Assembly (NCBI GenBank): GCA_963666985.2
Contig: CAXXIA010000003.1
Coordinates: 1 to 64,000 of the forward strand
Length of the DNA: 64,000 nt
From: Spirochaetia bacterium
GTDB lineage: Bacteria > Spirochaetota > Spirochaetia > DSM-2461
Direction of reading: 5' to 3'
Every line of letters begins with the position of its first letter. The stretch's first letter is position 1. Below the pieces are notes generated by a model. It was not told where the DNA came from. It saw only the letters and a list, made by a program, of their open reading frames with translations, and ran no database searches. Below are positions 37,438-47,400 of this stretch, piece by piece. A program made the position numbers and the translations under genes.

Positions 37438-39027
37438 ATGCACAGCCGAAAACTTCGTTTTTTCGCGATTGCCGTTCTATTCACCGCCGTCGTTCCCGCT
37501 TTGATGGCGAGCGGCGCTGCGGACGGCCCGAGGAAGGGAAGCGCCGAACTGGTGGTGCTTCATACGAACGATTTCCACGGACATCCGCTGAAGTTCTATA
37601 ACTATCCCGCTCCGGATCTCGGCGGACTTCCGGCCATGGCCACCATCGTGCAGGACATCCGGGAGGAGAATGAGAATGTATTGGTTCTGGATGCCGGCGA
37701 TATCAATACCGGGCGGCCGGAATCGAACTTCTATGAAACGGCTCCGGACATTATCGGTTACAACTATATCGGCTACGACGCCATGACTCTGGGAAATCAT
37801 GAATTCGACAAACCCTTAAGCGTTTTAAGTCAGCAGGAACAAATGGCCTCTTTTCCCTTTCTCTCGGCCAATGTCCGTCTGCCCGACGGCTCCCTGCTTG
37901 CCGAACCGTACATCATCAAGAAAGTCGGGAATATGAGAGTGGGGATTTTCGGTCTGACAACCACCGAAACCCCCATCGTTACCTCCCCGAGCATCACCGG
38001 CGATCTTATCTTCGAAGACGAAGTCGAAACAGCCCGCCGCATGGTGGCCGAGCTCACGCCTCAGGCCGACGTTATTATCGCTCTGGTTCACTTGGGGCTT
38101 TACGATAATGAGAATCTCGGCTCCCGCCGACTCGCAAAAAACGTAAGCGGCATCGACTTGATTATCGACGGCCACAGCCATACCCAGATGAAAGAACCCG
38201 TTGTTGTGAACGGCACTCCCATTGTACAGGCTTGGCAGTGGGGTCTTGAAATCGGCAAAGCCGTCATGAAGGTTACGGACGGCGAGGTAACGGATTTCAC
38301 CTGGGAACCCATTCCCGTCAACTTGAAAAACCGCAGCAAGGACGCCGCGGGCAACAGCGTATACACCTACATCGACAAAGAGGTTCGGGAAGATCCCTTC
38401 CTGCTCAACGCTCTCACACCGTATGCCGATCAGGTGGAGGCCAAACTTTCCGTGGTTATCGGCAGAGCCGCGGGATTATTCAGCAACGCGAAGTCCCGTA
38501 ACGAGGAAACCGCTTTGGGCAACTTCGTCGCGGACGCCATGCTTTGGGCCACCAAAGATCAGGGCGCCGATTTCGCCATTCAGAACGGCGGCGGGATTCG
38601 AACCGACATTCCGGAAGGTGAAATCAACAAGAAACTCATTTACGAAGTTCTGCCCTTCGACAACTCGGTCATGACCGTCGACATGACCGGGGAACAGGTT
38701 CTTGCGATGTTCGCGTACGTTCCGACCATCGAACGGGGAAAAGGCGCGTTCCCGCAGGTTTCCGAAGGCGTCTCCTTCACCGCGGACTTCACCACGGGCG
38801 AGGCGAAAAACATACGGATCAACGGCCGGCCGGTAGATCCGAAGGCCACCTACAAGGTCACCACGAATTCCTTCATGGCCGTCGGAGGCGACGGGTATTC
38901 CATGATGATTCCGGGATACAAGTACGATACGTCCGCGTTCCAAAGAGATGTTGTAATCGACTACATCGAACACCTCGGAGGCGTCATCACGCCTTCGGTT
39001 GAGGGACGAATTACCGTTATCGAGTAA
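37438..39027 (+). CDS. ushA: Exported bifunctional 5'-nucleotidase/UDP-sugar hydrolase (UshA-like)
   Basis: Signal peptide; HTNDFHG, LDAGD, LGNHEFD, DGHSH, NGGGIR, LPFDN, GGDGY. Confidence 0.9.
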   Translation: MHSRKLRFFAIAVLFTAVVPALMASGAADGPRKGSAELVVLHTNDFHGHPLKFYNYPAPDLGGLPAMATIVQDIREENENVLVLDAGDINTGRPESNFYETAPDIIGYNYIGYDAMTLGNHEFDKPLSVLSQQEQMASFPFLSANVRLPDGSLLAEPYIIKKVGNMRVGIFGLTTTETPIVTSPSITGDLIFEDEVETARRMVAELTPQADVIIALVHLGLYDNENLGSRRLAKNVSGIDLIIDGHSHTQMKEPVVVNGTPIVQAWQWGLEIGKAVMKVTDGEVTDFTWEPIPVNLKNRSKDAAGNSVYTYIDKEVREDPFLLNALTPYADQVEAKLSVVIGRAAGLFSNAKSRNEETALGNFVADAMLWATKDQGADFAIQNGGGIRTDIPEGEINKKLIYEVLPFDNSVMTVDMTGEQVLAMFAYVPTIERGKGAFPQVSEGVSFTADFTTGEAKNIRINGRPVDPKATYKVTTNSFMAVGGDGYSMMIPGYKYDTSAFQRDVVIDYIEHLGGVITPSVEGRITVIE

Positions 39028-39323
39028 TTTTATCGGGACCGATTCCGGCGGCGGACAGGCTTCGGCGGTCTTCCGGCCGCCGTATGAGGAGGCTTTTCAC
39101 CGCCGCTTTTTCAGCGTAATCCGATCGGTATCGGTCGGCAGGCCCTCTTCGGACGGAGGGCCGCAGTCCGCCGCCGGATACCTGTACCGCCGCTCAACGG
39201 CGGCTTTCGGCGGCGGGCATAAGCAGCCGCGGCGGAGAACGGGCGGCCCGCATTCCTCACACGGCCGGCCTCGGTCTTTTCGTAAAGGCTCATCCCCGAA
39301 CGGCTTCGGGGGTCACCTCTCAA

Positions 39324-40025
39324 TTAAGCGATTTCCAGCGCGATTTCCATCATCTGACGAAAGGTACTCTGGCGCTCTTCGGCGCTGCACTGTTCATGGG
39401 TTACGATGCTGTCGCTCACGGTGAGCAGGGAGAGCGCTTTGGCCTTGAACTTCGCGGCCAGCGTGTAAAGCGCGGCGGTTTCCATTTCCACGGCGATGGC
39501 CCCGTAATCAGCCCAGAGCTTCCAGGAATCGGGATTGTCGTCGTAGAAGGTGTCGGAAGTAAGAATGTTTCCCGCGACGGCTTTCACGCCCAGTCTGCCG
39601 GCCTCTTCCCAGGCCCGCCGGACCAAATCGAAATTCGCCGTGGGCGCATAATCCCGGCCGCCGAAACGCAGCTTGTTCACCGCAGAATCGGTGGAGGCGC
39701 TCATGGCGATAACAACTTCCCGGAGTCCCACCTCCTTTTGCATGGAGCCGCAGGTTCCGATGCGGATAACGGTTTTCACGCCGTAGAAGGCCAGAAGTTC
39801 ATGCACGTAGATGGAAATGGACGGGATGCCCATGCCGGTTCCCTGCACGGAGACTCTCTTGCCTTTGTAGGTTCCGGTGAACCCCAGCATGCCGCGCACT
39901 TCGTTGTGGCAGACGGGATTTTCAAGAAAATTCTCCGCGATGAACTTGGCCCGTAAGGGGTCGCCGGGAAGAAGAACGGATTCTGCGATGTCGCCTTTTT
40001 CGGCGCCCAAATGCGGTGTGCTCAT
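39324..40025 (-). CDS. deoD: Purine-nucleoside phosphorylase
   Basis: [48 protein letters not shown]. Confidence 0.97.
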   Translation of the reverse strand: MSTPHLGAEKGDIAESVLLPGDPLRAKFIAENFLENPVCHNEVRGMLGFTGTYKGKRVSVQGTGMGIPSISIYVHELLAFYGVKTVIRIGTCGSMQKEVGLREVVIAMSASTDSAVNKLRFGGRDYAPTANFDLVRRAWEEAGRLGVKAVAGNILTSDTFYDDNPDSWKLWADYGAIAVEMETAALYTLAAKFKAKALSLLTVSDSIVTHEQCSAEERQSTFRQMMEIALEIA

Positions 40026-40049
40026 GTGTTACCTCAATCAATTGTCGTA

Positions 40050-40186
40050 TAAGGCAATTTCATAATATTATGAAATTGCTTGTATCCGATGGCCGACCCT
40101 CCTGCGGATTCGTCTTAGAAGGGCCGTCTTTCAAAAACCACAAACAGCTGAACTGTGCAACAGTTTAGCGGGCCTGTTTTTGAAAG
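40050..40186 (-). repeat. Structured intergenic repeat, copy B
   Basis: Minus strand CTTTCAAAAAC..GTTTTTGAAAG, GCCCTTCT..AGGAGGGTC and GCAATTTCATAA-TA-TTATGAAATTGC hairpins, ending about 25 nt before deoD. Confidence 0.8.
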
Positions 40187-40222
40187 AGCATCGAATCTTC
40201 GACTTTATTCTATGGTATTTGA

Positions 40223-41518
40223 ATGATCCCTGTCGCGTGGTACGAAAAATTCCAAGTTTCAAAAAAACAGGCGGACGATCTTCGCAAGGCCGGCGCCGCC
40301 TTATGGAATATGGCCGAACCGGGTTTTCGGGAAAAGGCCACCCACGATTATCTCTCCGGTCTCTTTGAGATTCTCGGCTTCTCCGTACGTCCTTTCGAAG
40401 GCATTCCCGGATTCATCGCCTCTTTCCCGGAAAAATCCGGGGCGCCTTCAAACACTTCTTCGGACCAATCGGGTTCTTCCGGTATTCCCGCCGCCTCCCA
40501 AAAAACGGCGCCGACGAGCGGCACTGAGAACGCGGCCGATTCCGAAGGACGTATTGCTCTCATATCCGACATGGACGGCCTCCCCAACCCGGAGGACTCA
40601 ACGGGCACCTACATCCATTCCTGCGGACACCATATGCAGATGGCCGCCCTATACGGGGCCGCCCGTCTCTTAAAGGACGCCGCTTCCGGCGCTCTTCGGC
40701 ACATGGATTTCATCGCCGTTCCCGCCGAAGAATACATCGATTTGGAATACAGGGAGACTCTCCGCTCCGCCGGAGTCGTCTCCCGTCTCAGCGGAAAGCA
40801 GGAATTGATTGAGCGCGGTTATTTTAAGGGATACCGGCAGGTCGTCTCCACTCATGCCGCCGGTTTTCAGGAACCTCTTTTCATCAGCAGTGTCCGCTCC
40901 ATGGGAGGCTTCCGGGCGATGCGCTTTATTTTCCGGGGCAAAGCCGCCCATGCCGGCGCGGCGCCTCATAAAGGCATTAATGCCCAAAACGCCGCATCGC
41001 TGTTCCTTCAAGCCTGCGCCTTTCTGAGAGAAGGCTTCCGAAATGAAGATTACATCCGTATTCATCCGGTTCTCTCCTACCCTCCCGATCAATCGGTGAA
41101 TATCGTTCCGGCGCTGGTTCGGGCCGATACATACGTTCGGGCGGCCGCGATCGAGGCCATTGATGAAACCGCCGGGAAACTTAAAGACGCCGCCAAAGGC
41201 GCCGCCGCCGCGTTGGGCGCTTCTGTGGAAATAGAAGAAATACCCGGTTACGCCCCGTTTAAGGCAAACCTCGACATGCACGAAATCCTGCGCACCGTCA
41301 CGGAAGAAATGGAACTTCCTTTCATCGACGAGGACTACTCCGCCGCATCCTCGGACGTGGGCGATCTTTCCCAAATGATTCCGACGATTATGCTGGGCCT
41401 GCCGGGTGTAAACGGTCTTTTTCATAATCCCGGATTTCGAGTGACCGACGAGGATGCGGCGTATGTTCTGCCCTCTGCGGTTTTAGTCCGCTATCTGGAA
41501 GCCCTAACAGGCTGTTGA
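40223..41518 (+). CDS. M20 amidohydrolase (Acy1-like/AbgB-like)
   Basis: AEPGFRE, DMDGL, HSCGHH, VPAEE, GKAAHAGAAPHKGINA, SSDVGDLS. Confidence 0.88.
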   Translation: MIPVAWYEKFQVSKKQADDLRKAGAALWNMAEPGFREKATHDYLSGLFEILGFSVRPFEGIPGFIASFPEKSGAPSNTSSDQSGSSGIPAASQKTAPTSGTENAADSEGRIALISDMDGLPNPEDSTGTYIHSCGHHMQMAALYGAARLLKDAASGALRHMDFIAVPAEEYIDLEYRETLRSAGVVSRLSGKQELIERGYFKGYRQVVSTHAAGFQEPLFISSVRSMGGFRAMRFIFRGKAAHAGAAPHKGINAQNAASLFLQACAFLREGFRNEDYIRIHPVLSYPPDQSVNIVPALVRADTYVRAAAIEAIDETAGKLKDAAKGAAAALGASVEIEEIPGYAPFKANLDMHEILRTVTEEMELPFIDEDYSAASSDVGDLSQMIPTIMLGLPGVNGLFHNPGFRVTDEDAAYVLPSAVLVRYLEALTGC

Positions 41519-41668
41519 AAAAGTAAGATTTGGTTCGAAGATAGCGAGCGAGACTCGCAGCTCGCTGCCGAATCAAGCACAGAAAGCGCCGCGTACCGGC
41601 TGTACGTGAGCATTTCGAGCATTGATTCAACGCCGTATACGGGCATAAGGTCCTTTTTCAACAGCCTG
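41508..41668. mobile_element. MITE-like element, 161 bp with 16-bp perfect terminal inverted repeats
   Basis: CAGGCTGTTGAAAAAG (41508-41523) and CTTTTTCAACAGCCTG (41653-41668); no transposase; related solo end CAGCCTGTTGAAAAA at 19002-19016. Confidence 0.75.
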
Positions 41669-41737
41669 CCAAATAAATTAAAATCTCGTTAAGGGTCTGT
41701 TTCGCTTAAAGTAATTATTGCTAATATACTTATTCTT

Positions 41738-44710
41738 ATGCCGCAAAGACGTCTTCACTTCAGTATATCAATAATATTATCCACCCTGGCGATAGTTTTT
41801 ATCCTGGCCATTTCCATCGTCGGAAATATTCTTTATATCGCCGATAAATCCGCGGATATTGAAGCCAAGCAGCATTTCAATCTCGTGGGGCATCTCATTC
41901 GGGAAAAAACGGCCGAAGAGTTCCGCCCCGCGCTCGATTACGTCGGACTTCTTTCGGCCCTTCCGGAAAGCTCCCTTCCCATAGAGAACTTCGGATTGAA
42001 TCATTCTCTGTTTTCCGCAAGCGGCCGGGTTTTCGACGACTATCCGAGTATTTATTCTCTCTATGTCGGACGAAACGACGGGAGTTTTCTTCAAGTTATT
42101 AACTGCCGGGACTTCAATCAGGCGATTCTTGCCCATCAAGCCTCTTCGGAAACATCGACGATTCTCCGTTCAATCACGAACGAAGGGGACTCCCGGCGGG
42201 AAACTTGGCTTTTTCTTGATGAAAACGGACGCATTCTGGAAAGCCGATCGAACGACGCCGAATATGATCCGAGAAATCGGCCTTGGTTTATCGGCGCACA
42301 AGAGGCACGTTCGTCCTATCTGACCGATCCCTATGAATTTTATTCACTGAAACAGTCGGGCATTACGGCCTCGCGGACCAATGAAGACTCTTCATGCGTT
42401 GTGGGAATCGACCTCACCATTTCGCGTTTGACCGATTTCATCATCAACTTGAAATTTTCGGAAAACGGCGGTGTCGCCCTCTATACCTCGGATGGAGATA
42501 TCATCGCCTCCACGCCGGGCTTCATCGATTTGATTCCCCAAGAATTGATTACCACGCAGATAGAAAGCGAAGATGTCTCTTTATACGAGGATACATTCAT
42601 CCGATCGGAACGTTGGGAAGCTACCGAATCCAAAAACCTGTTCATCGTCTCCGCGGCGCCGAGAAATGATTTCATGGCCGATGCCGCCGTTATGCAGAAA
42701 CGGATTATTTTCATTTCAACCATACTCATCATCGTCATCCTTCCGTTCATCCTCATTTGGGCTTTGAGTATTTCCCGGGGACTTCACAGACTCGCCGAAG
42801 ATGCAACCCATATCGGAAATATGAAATTCGACCATTCGGTCGCCTTTAAAACATCCATTCTTGAATTCTGGCAGCTTGCCAATACGTTCAAGCTGATGAA
42901 AAGCACCATCAGCGAACGGACGAATGATCTCCAGACGGCCAATACGAGACTGAAAACACTGGCTGAAATGATTGTCGCCCTCTCGGCGGAACGGAATTTC
43001 GACCGATTGTCCGAAGTCATTCTTAAAAATGCCAAAGAACTCGCCAATGCGGACGGCGGCAGCCTTTATTTGGTCAATGAGACTCGTGATGCGCTTGATT
43101 TTTCGATAGTCCTTACAGACTCCCTGGGAATCGCCCAGGGAGGGACAAGCGGAACTCCCATAGCAATGAATTCCGTACCCCTTTATAACGACGGTCGTGA
43201 AAACCATCATAATGTCGTCACACACGCTTTTTTCACCGGAAAGACCGTCAACATCGCGGATGCCTATGAAATCGGAGAATATGATTTCTCCGGAACACGA
43301 AAATTCGACGCTCATAACGGCTACCGTTCCGTTTCCTTCCTGACGCTCCCGCTCAAGCCCATGGGCGGCGGAGATATTCTCGGAGCCATACAGCTTATCA
43401 ACGCGACCGATCCGGAAACCGGAGAAATCATTCCCTTTTCGAAAGAAATCGAAACGTTTATCGAGGCCTTGGGCTCCGCGGCGGCCGTCGCCGTCCACAA
43501 CTGGCGCCTGGTAAAAAAACAGAAAGATCTTTTTAACGATTTGGTTCGCTTCATCGCCAGCGCCATTGATAAAAAGAGTCCTTATACGGCGCGCCATTGT
43601 GAGAGGGTTCCCCAGATTGCCGACATTCTTATCGATGCGGCCGACGCCGCGGAATCGGGGCCCTTCAAGAATTTTGAATTTAAAAATCCCGACGAACGCC
43701 GGGAATTCGAAATCGCGGCATGGCTCCACGACTGCGGGAAAGTCACGACTCCCGAATACATTGTCGATAAAGCGACAAAGCTGGAAACCATCCATAACCG
43801 CATTCATGAAATTCGAACCCGCTTCGAAGTTCTTCTGAGGGACGCACGAATAGAACGCCTCTCCCAAATCTTAAGCGGTGTTCCCGAAGAACTTGCCGAT
43901 GAGATTCTTCAAAAGCAGGAACAGAAGCTTCATGAGGATTTCGCTTTTGTCGCCGAATGCAACATCGGCAGCGAAAGGATGGACGACAAGGCCATTCAGC
44001 GTCTGAAAGACATCGGAAGAACTCAATGGACACAGAACTTCAACGACCATATCGGACTTTCCTGGGTGGAACATCAGTACTTAAGCGACGCGGGGATTAA
44101 TGAAGAGAACGCAGGGCTGCCCCGAAAAACAAATCTGCTGATGGATTTGCCCGAACACCGGATTCATCGCCCGGAAGAAACGAAGTCCCTTTACGAAGAT
44201 CAATATAAGAAATTGGGGATTATCCTCGACATTCCCGAACTTTTATTCAATCGCGGAGAGATCTACAACCTTTCCATCCGCTCGGGAACCTTAACGAAAG
44301 AAGACCGCTATATCATCAACGAACATGTGGCTCAAACAATCATCATGCTCAGTGAAATTAAATTCCCGGATGAGCTGAAGAAAGTCATCGATTACGCGGG
44401 AGAGCACCATGAGAATCCCATGGGCACCGGATATCCCAGAGGAATCTCATCAACAACACTGTCCGTACCTTCAAGGATTTTGGCCGTTGCCGATATTTTC
44501 GAAGCGCTCACCTCCGCGGATCGGCCCTACAAAAAGGATAAAACACTCTCGGAAACGCTCGATATTATGTATGAGATGAAAAAGAAAGGGCTTATCGACG
44601 GAGAGGTCTTTACCTTACTGATCAAATCAAAGGCCTATGAGACGTATGCCGAACAATTCCTGAAACCCGAACAAATCGATGAAGTGAATCCGGGGAAATA
44701 TTTGATTTAA
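41738..44710 (+). CDS. Membrane Cache-HAMP-GAF-HD-GYP cyclic-dinucleotide phosphodiesterase
   Basis: YDPRNRPWF (Cache), NADGGSLYL..GYRSVSFL..QLIN (GAF), KSPYTARHCERV, WLHDCGK, HHE..GTGYP, ADIFEALT..DRPYK. Confidence 0.93.
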   Translation: MPQRRLHFSISIILSTLAIVFILAISIVGNILYIADKSADIEAKQHFNLVGHLIREKTAEEFRPALDYVGLLSALPESSLPIENFGLNHSLFSASGRVFDDYPSIYSLYVGRNDGSFLQVINCRDFNQAILAHQASSETSTILRSITNEGDSRRETWLFLDENGRILESRSNDAEYDPRNRPWFIGAQEARSSYLTDPYEFYSLKQSGITASRTNEDSSCVVGIDLTISRLTDFIINLKFSENGGVALYTSDGDIIASTPGFIDLIPQELITTQIESEDVSLYEDTFIRSERWEATESKNLFIVSAAPRNDFMADAAVMQKRIIFISTILIIVILPFILIWALSISRGLHRLAEDATHIGNMKFDHSVAFKTSILEFWQLANTFKLMKSTISERTNDLQTANTRLKTLAEMIVALSAERNFDRLSEVILKNAKELANADGGSLYLVNETRDALDFSIVLTDSLGIAQGGTSGTPIAMNSVPLYNDGRENHHNVVTHAFFTGKTVNIADAYEIGEYDFSGTRKFDAHNGYRSVSFLTLPLKPMGGGDILGAIQLINATDPETGEIIPFSKEIETFIEALGSAAAVAVHNWRLVKKQKDLFNDLVRFIASAIDKKSPYTARHCERVPQIADILIDAADAAESGPFKNFEFKNPDERREFEIAAWLHDCGKVTTPEYIVDKATKLETIHNRIHEIRTRFEVLLRDARIERLSQILSGVPEELADEILQKQEQKLHEDFAFVAECNIGSERMDDKAIQRLKDIGRTQWTQNFNDHIGLSWVEHQYLSDAGINEENAGLPRKTNLLMDLPEHRIHRPEETKSLYEDQYKKLGIILDIPELLFNRGEIYNLSIRSGTLTKEDRYIINEHVAQTIIMLSEIKFPDELKKVIDYAGEHHENPMGTGYPRGISSTTLSVPSRILAVADIFEALTSADRPYKKDKTLSETLDIMYEMKKKGLIDGEVFTLLIKSKAYETYAEQFLKPEQIDEVNPGKYLI

Positions 44711-45002
44711 CTGCCGAGCCGCCGGGCTTGCGGGGATGGGCTTCAGGGTGGGCTCGGGATGCGTCCGCCGGTTGAACGGCGGAAGTACGGCGGCAAGCGA
44801 AGCCGCCGGGCCGTGATGGAACGGCCGCGAGTAAATCGGCGCTTGAACAGGCTGCAAACGGACCGACAGTCAAAGGCCTCAGCGCAGCCCTGCGAAAAAA
44901 TAAAAAACTCCATGCCGCGGTGATTCCCGGCCGCACTCACGCCGAGAAATGAATCCGATTCGATTCAGGGAAATCAAAATCGGCAGAAAAGGCCGGTCTT
45001 TC

Positions 45003-46451
45003 TCAGAACACCAGTTTTGTTTCGCCCCGGCCCCGTTTCAGGATGCCTTGAGCTCTTTTACGGGCTTCGGCGACAACTGCTGCGGTATCCATTCGGAGTT
45101 TTCCGGATTCTTTCAAGGGCTCTCCGGCGACGAAGACGAACTCGGCATTCCGGGCGTCGGCGGAATAGATTAACGCGGCCAGAGGATTGTACGAGGGAGC
45201 CGTGTGGGGCATGTCAAGGTTCCAGATAACAAGGTCGGCCGGGGCGCCGACTTCAAGGCGCCCTGTTCCGAAGGGGAGCGACTCATGACCGCGCATGAGC
45301 ATTTTCCAGATGTCCTTCAGAGCAAAGGCTTCACCGTTTGCCTGACGGCTTTTCCCGGCCAGGGCCAAAAGACGGGCCTGTTCCAGTGGGTTCAGACAGT
45401 TTGAACTCGCGGCCCCGTCCGTACCGATGCAGAGCGGTAAATCTCCGGGATTCTCCAGGATGGGGCCGGGAGGCATGCCGAGCTTCATGTAGGTCATCAT
45501 GCACACGGCGATCCAGTTCTCCCGGGAGAGAAGAGAGCGCTCTTCGGGAAGAATCCAGTAGGCATGGGCAATAATGAGCGGCAGATCGGTTAAACCGGAA
45601 TCGGCCACCACCTGCATGGGAGTGCGGCCGTATTGTTCCCTGCTGGCGGCAATCTGATTCACATCATCTTCCACGTGCAGATGAGCCCCGACTCCCAGCT
45701 TTTCGGCCGACTTGGCGCACAGCGCCAACTGTTCAGGATTGCAAGTATAGGGCGAATGCGGTCCGAGGCGCAGCGAAAGGCGGCCTTCGCGTCCGTTCCA
45801 GGATCGAATCAGATCTTCCGAAGCGGCCAGCTGATCCTCGAATCCGCCGGACATGCCGAATAACGTGGGCGCGATATCGGCGCGGATTCCCGTTTCCAGG
45901 GCGATTTTGCAGATGCGCTCGGCCATGAAGTAGTGGTCGGCAAAGGCGGTAACGCCATAGTCCAGCATTTCGGCGACGGCCAAGCGGCAGCCGATTTCCG
46001 CGTCGTCCGGTTCCATCTTGCTTTCATACGGCCAGATTTCCTTGTTGAACCAGTCGTCGGGAGTTACGTCTTCGGCGATTCCCCGAAAGATGCTCATGGG
46101 GCTGTGGGTGTGAAGATTCACCAGGCCAGGAGAAACGAAGCGGCCCGAGGCGTCGATGACGCGGGGCTCCGGCGTCGAGAAAGGGAGGTTCCCCTGCCGT
46201 GAATCCCGCTCACGGTAGGCGGCGGTTTTTTGGCCGCCCGCGGACGGGCCGTTGTGATTCGAGGCGGCTTTATAGGTCCGGCGGCTGAAATCGCCGGAGA
46301 ACGCGTCGCCGGCCGGGCGGATTTCCGCGATCAGGCCACCTGCCAACAGAAGATCGACAGGCTGCGAGACGGCTCCTTCGGCATCAATCGTCCGGGCACC
46401 CTTAATCAGAACGGATGAGGCATTCGCGGTTCGGCTTCGGGGGTCACTCAT
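45003..46451 (-). CDS. Amidohydrolase-superfamily deaminase (MTA/SAH/cytosine deaminase-like)
   Basis: PGLVNLHTH, GVTAFADHY, GPHSPYTC, HLHV, IAHA, GTDGAASSN, GAPADL. Confidence 0.88.
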   Translation of the reverse strand: MSDPRSRTANASSVLIKGARTIDAEGAVSQPVDLLLAGGLIAEIRPAGDAFSGDFSRRTYKAASNHNGPSAGGQKTAAYRERDSRQGNLPFSTPEPRVIDASGRFVSPGLVNLHTHSPMSIFRGIAEDVTPDDWFNKEIWPYESKMEPDDAEIGCRLAVAEMLDYGVTAFADHYFMAERICKIALETGIRADIAPTLFGMSGGFEDQLAASEDLIRSWNGREGRLSLRLGPHSPYTCNPEQLALCAKSAEKLGVGAHLHVEDDVNQIAASREQYGRTPMQVVADSGLTDLPLIIAHAYWILPEERSLLSRENWIAVCMMTYMKLGMPPGPILENPGDLPLCIGTDGAASSNCLNPLEQARLLALAGKSRQANGEAFALKDIWKMLMRGHESLPFGTGRLEVGAPADLVIWNLDMPHTAPSYNPLAALIYSADARNAEFVFVAGEPLKESGKLRMDTAAVVAEARKRAQGILKRGRGETKLVF

Positions 46452-47400
46452 AAGAACACAAAAGTTCGGTAAGAAGCGCGATGAAACCTTCTCGGTCCAA
46501 ATCGACGGCTACGCGGGTGTTGGGCGCCCTTCCGGTGGTACCGAAAACATCCACGACGGTTTTGCCCAGAGTGTGCTTCCCTTGCGTTTCCACGGCGACG
46601 TATCGGCTTTCGAAGCTCACCAGAGTCTCGTCGATGGCGCCGGCAAGGGCAAAAGGATCGTGGAGGGCCAGACCGGAGAATCCGACGCTTTGATAAAAGT
46701 CGGCGTAGGTTTCCAGCATGTCGCAGCAGGCCGCGGGAACGGCTTTTCCGGAGGCTCGAAGAGCCGCTCTTTCCTCTTCTGTGATGAGGGCGCAGTTGGT
46801 TACGTCCAGTCCGTACATATCGATGGGGATGCCGGACTGGAAGACGGCCGCGGCGGAATGGGGGTCGGCGTAGATGTTGAACTCGGCGGCGGGCGTAACG
46901 TTGCCGAATCCGGCGGCGCCACCCATCATCACGATTCGGTTAATCTTTCCGGCCAAATCCGGATATTGATGCAGGGCTCCGGCGATGTTGGTGAGCGGTC
47001 CGATGGTAACCAGTTCCAGCTCGCCGCCCAAGGCCTCGGCGGTTTCATTGATAAACGCGGCGGCATTTCGGGGATCTTCTGCAAAGGCCGGTTCGGGGAG
47101 AGAGACGTTCCCCACTCCGTTCTCACCGTGAACATGACCGCCGTCCCGGCGTTCGGTGAAATACGGTCCCGATGCACCGCGGCAGACGGGCGGCGGATTC
47201 ATGCTGCCGTGCCGGCTGTGCCGCATGGCAAGAGTTACAAGGGAGCGGGCATTCCGGGTGACTTTATCAATATTCACGTTCCCGGCCACCGTGGTGATGC
47301 CCAGAACTTCCAGCTTGCTTGAAGAGAGGGCCATGAAGATGGCCAGAGCGTCGTCGATACCCGGATCGCAGTCGATGATGATTTTACGCGTTTTACTCAC
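46444..47400 (-). CDS. Inosine/uridine-preferring nucleoside hydrolase
   Basis: IIDCDPGIDDA, VHGENG, GPLTN, MGG..GN.TPAAEFN, LHDP; GTG start overlapping the upstream stop. Confidence 0.93.
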   Translation of the reverse strand: MSKTRKIIIDCDPGIDDALAIFMALSSSKLEVLGITTVAGNVNIDKVTRNARSLVTLAMRHSRHGSMNPPPVCRGASGPYFTERRDGGHVHGENGVGNVSLPEPAFAEDPRNAAAFINETAEALGGELELVTIGPLTNIAGALHQYPDLAGKINRIVMMGGAAGFGNVTPAAEFNIYADPHSAAAVFQSGIPIDMYGLDVTNCALITEEERAALRASGKAVPAACCDMLETYADFYQSVGFSGLALHDPFALAGAIDETLVSFESRYVAVETQGKHTLGKTVVDVFGTTGRAPNTRVAVDLDREGFIALLTELLCSYE

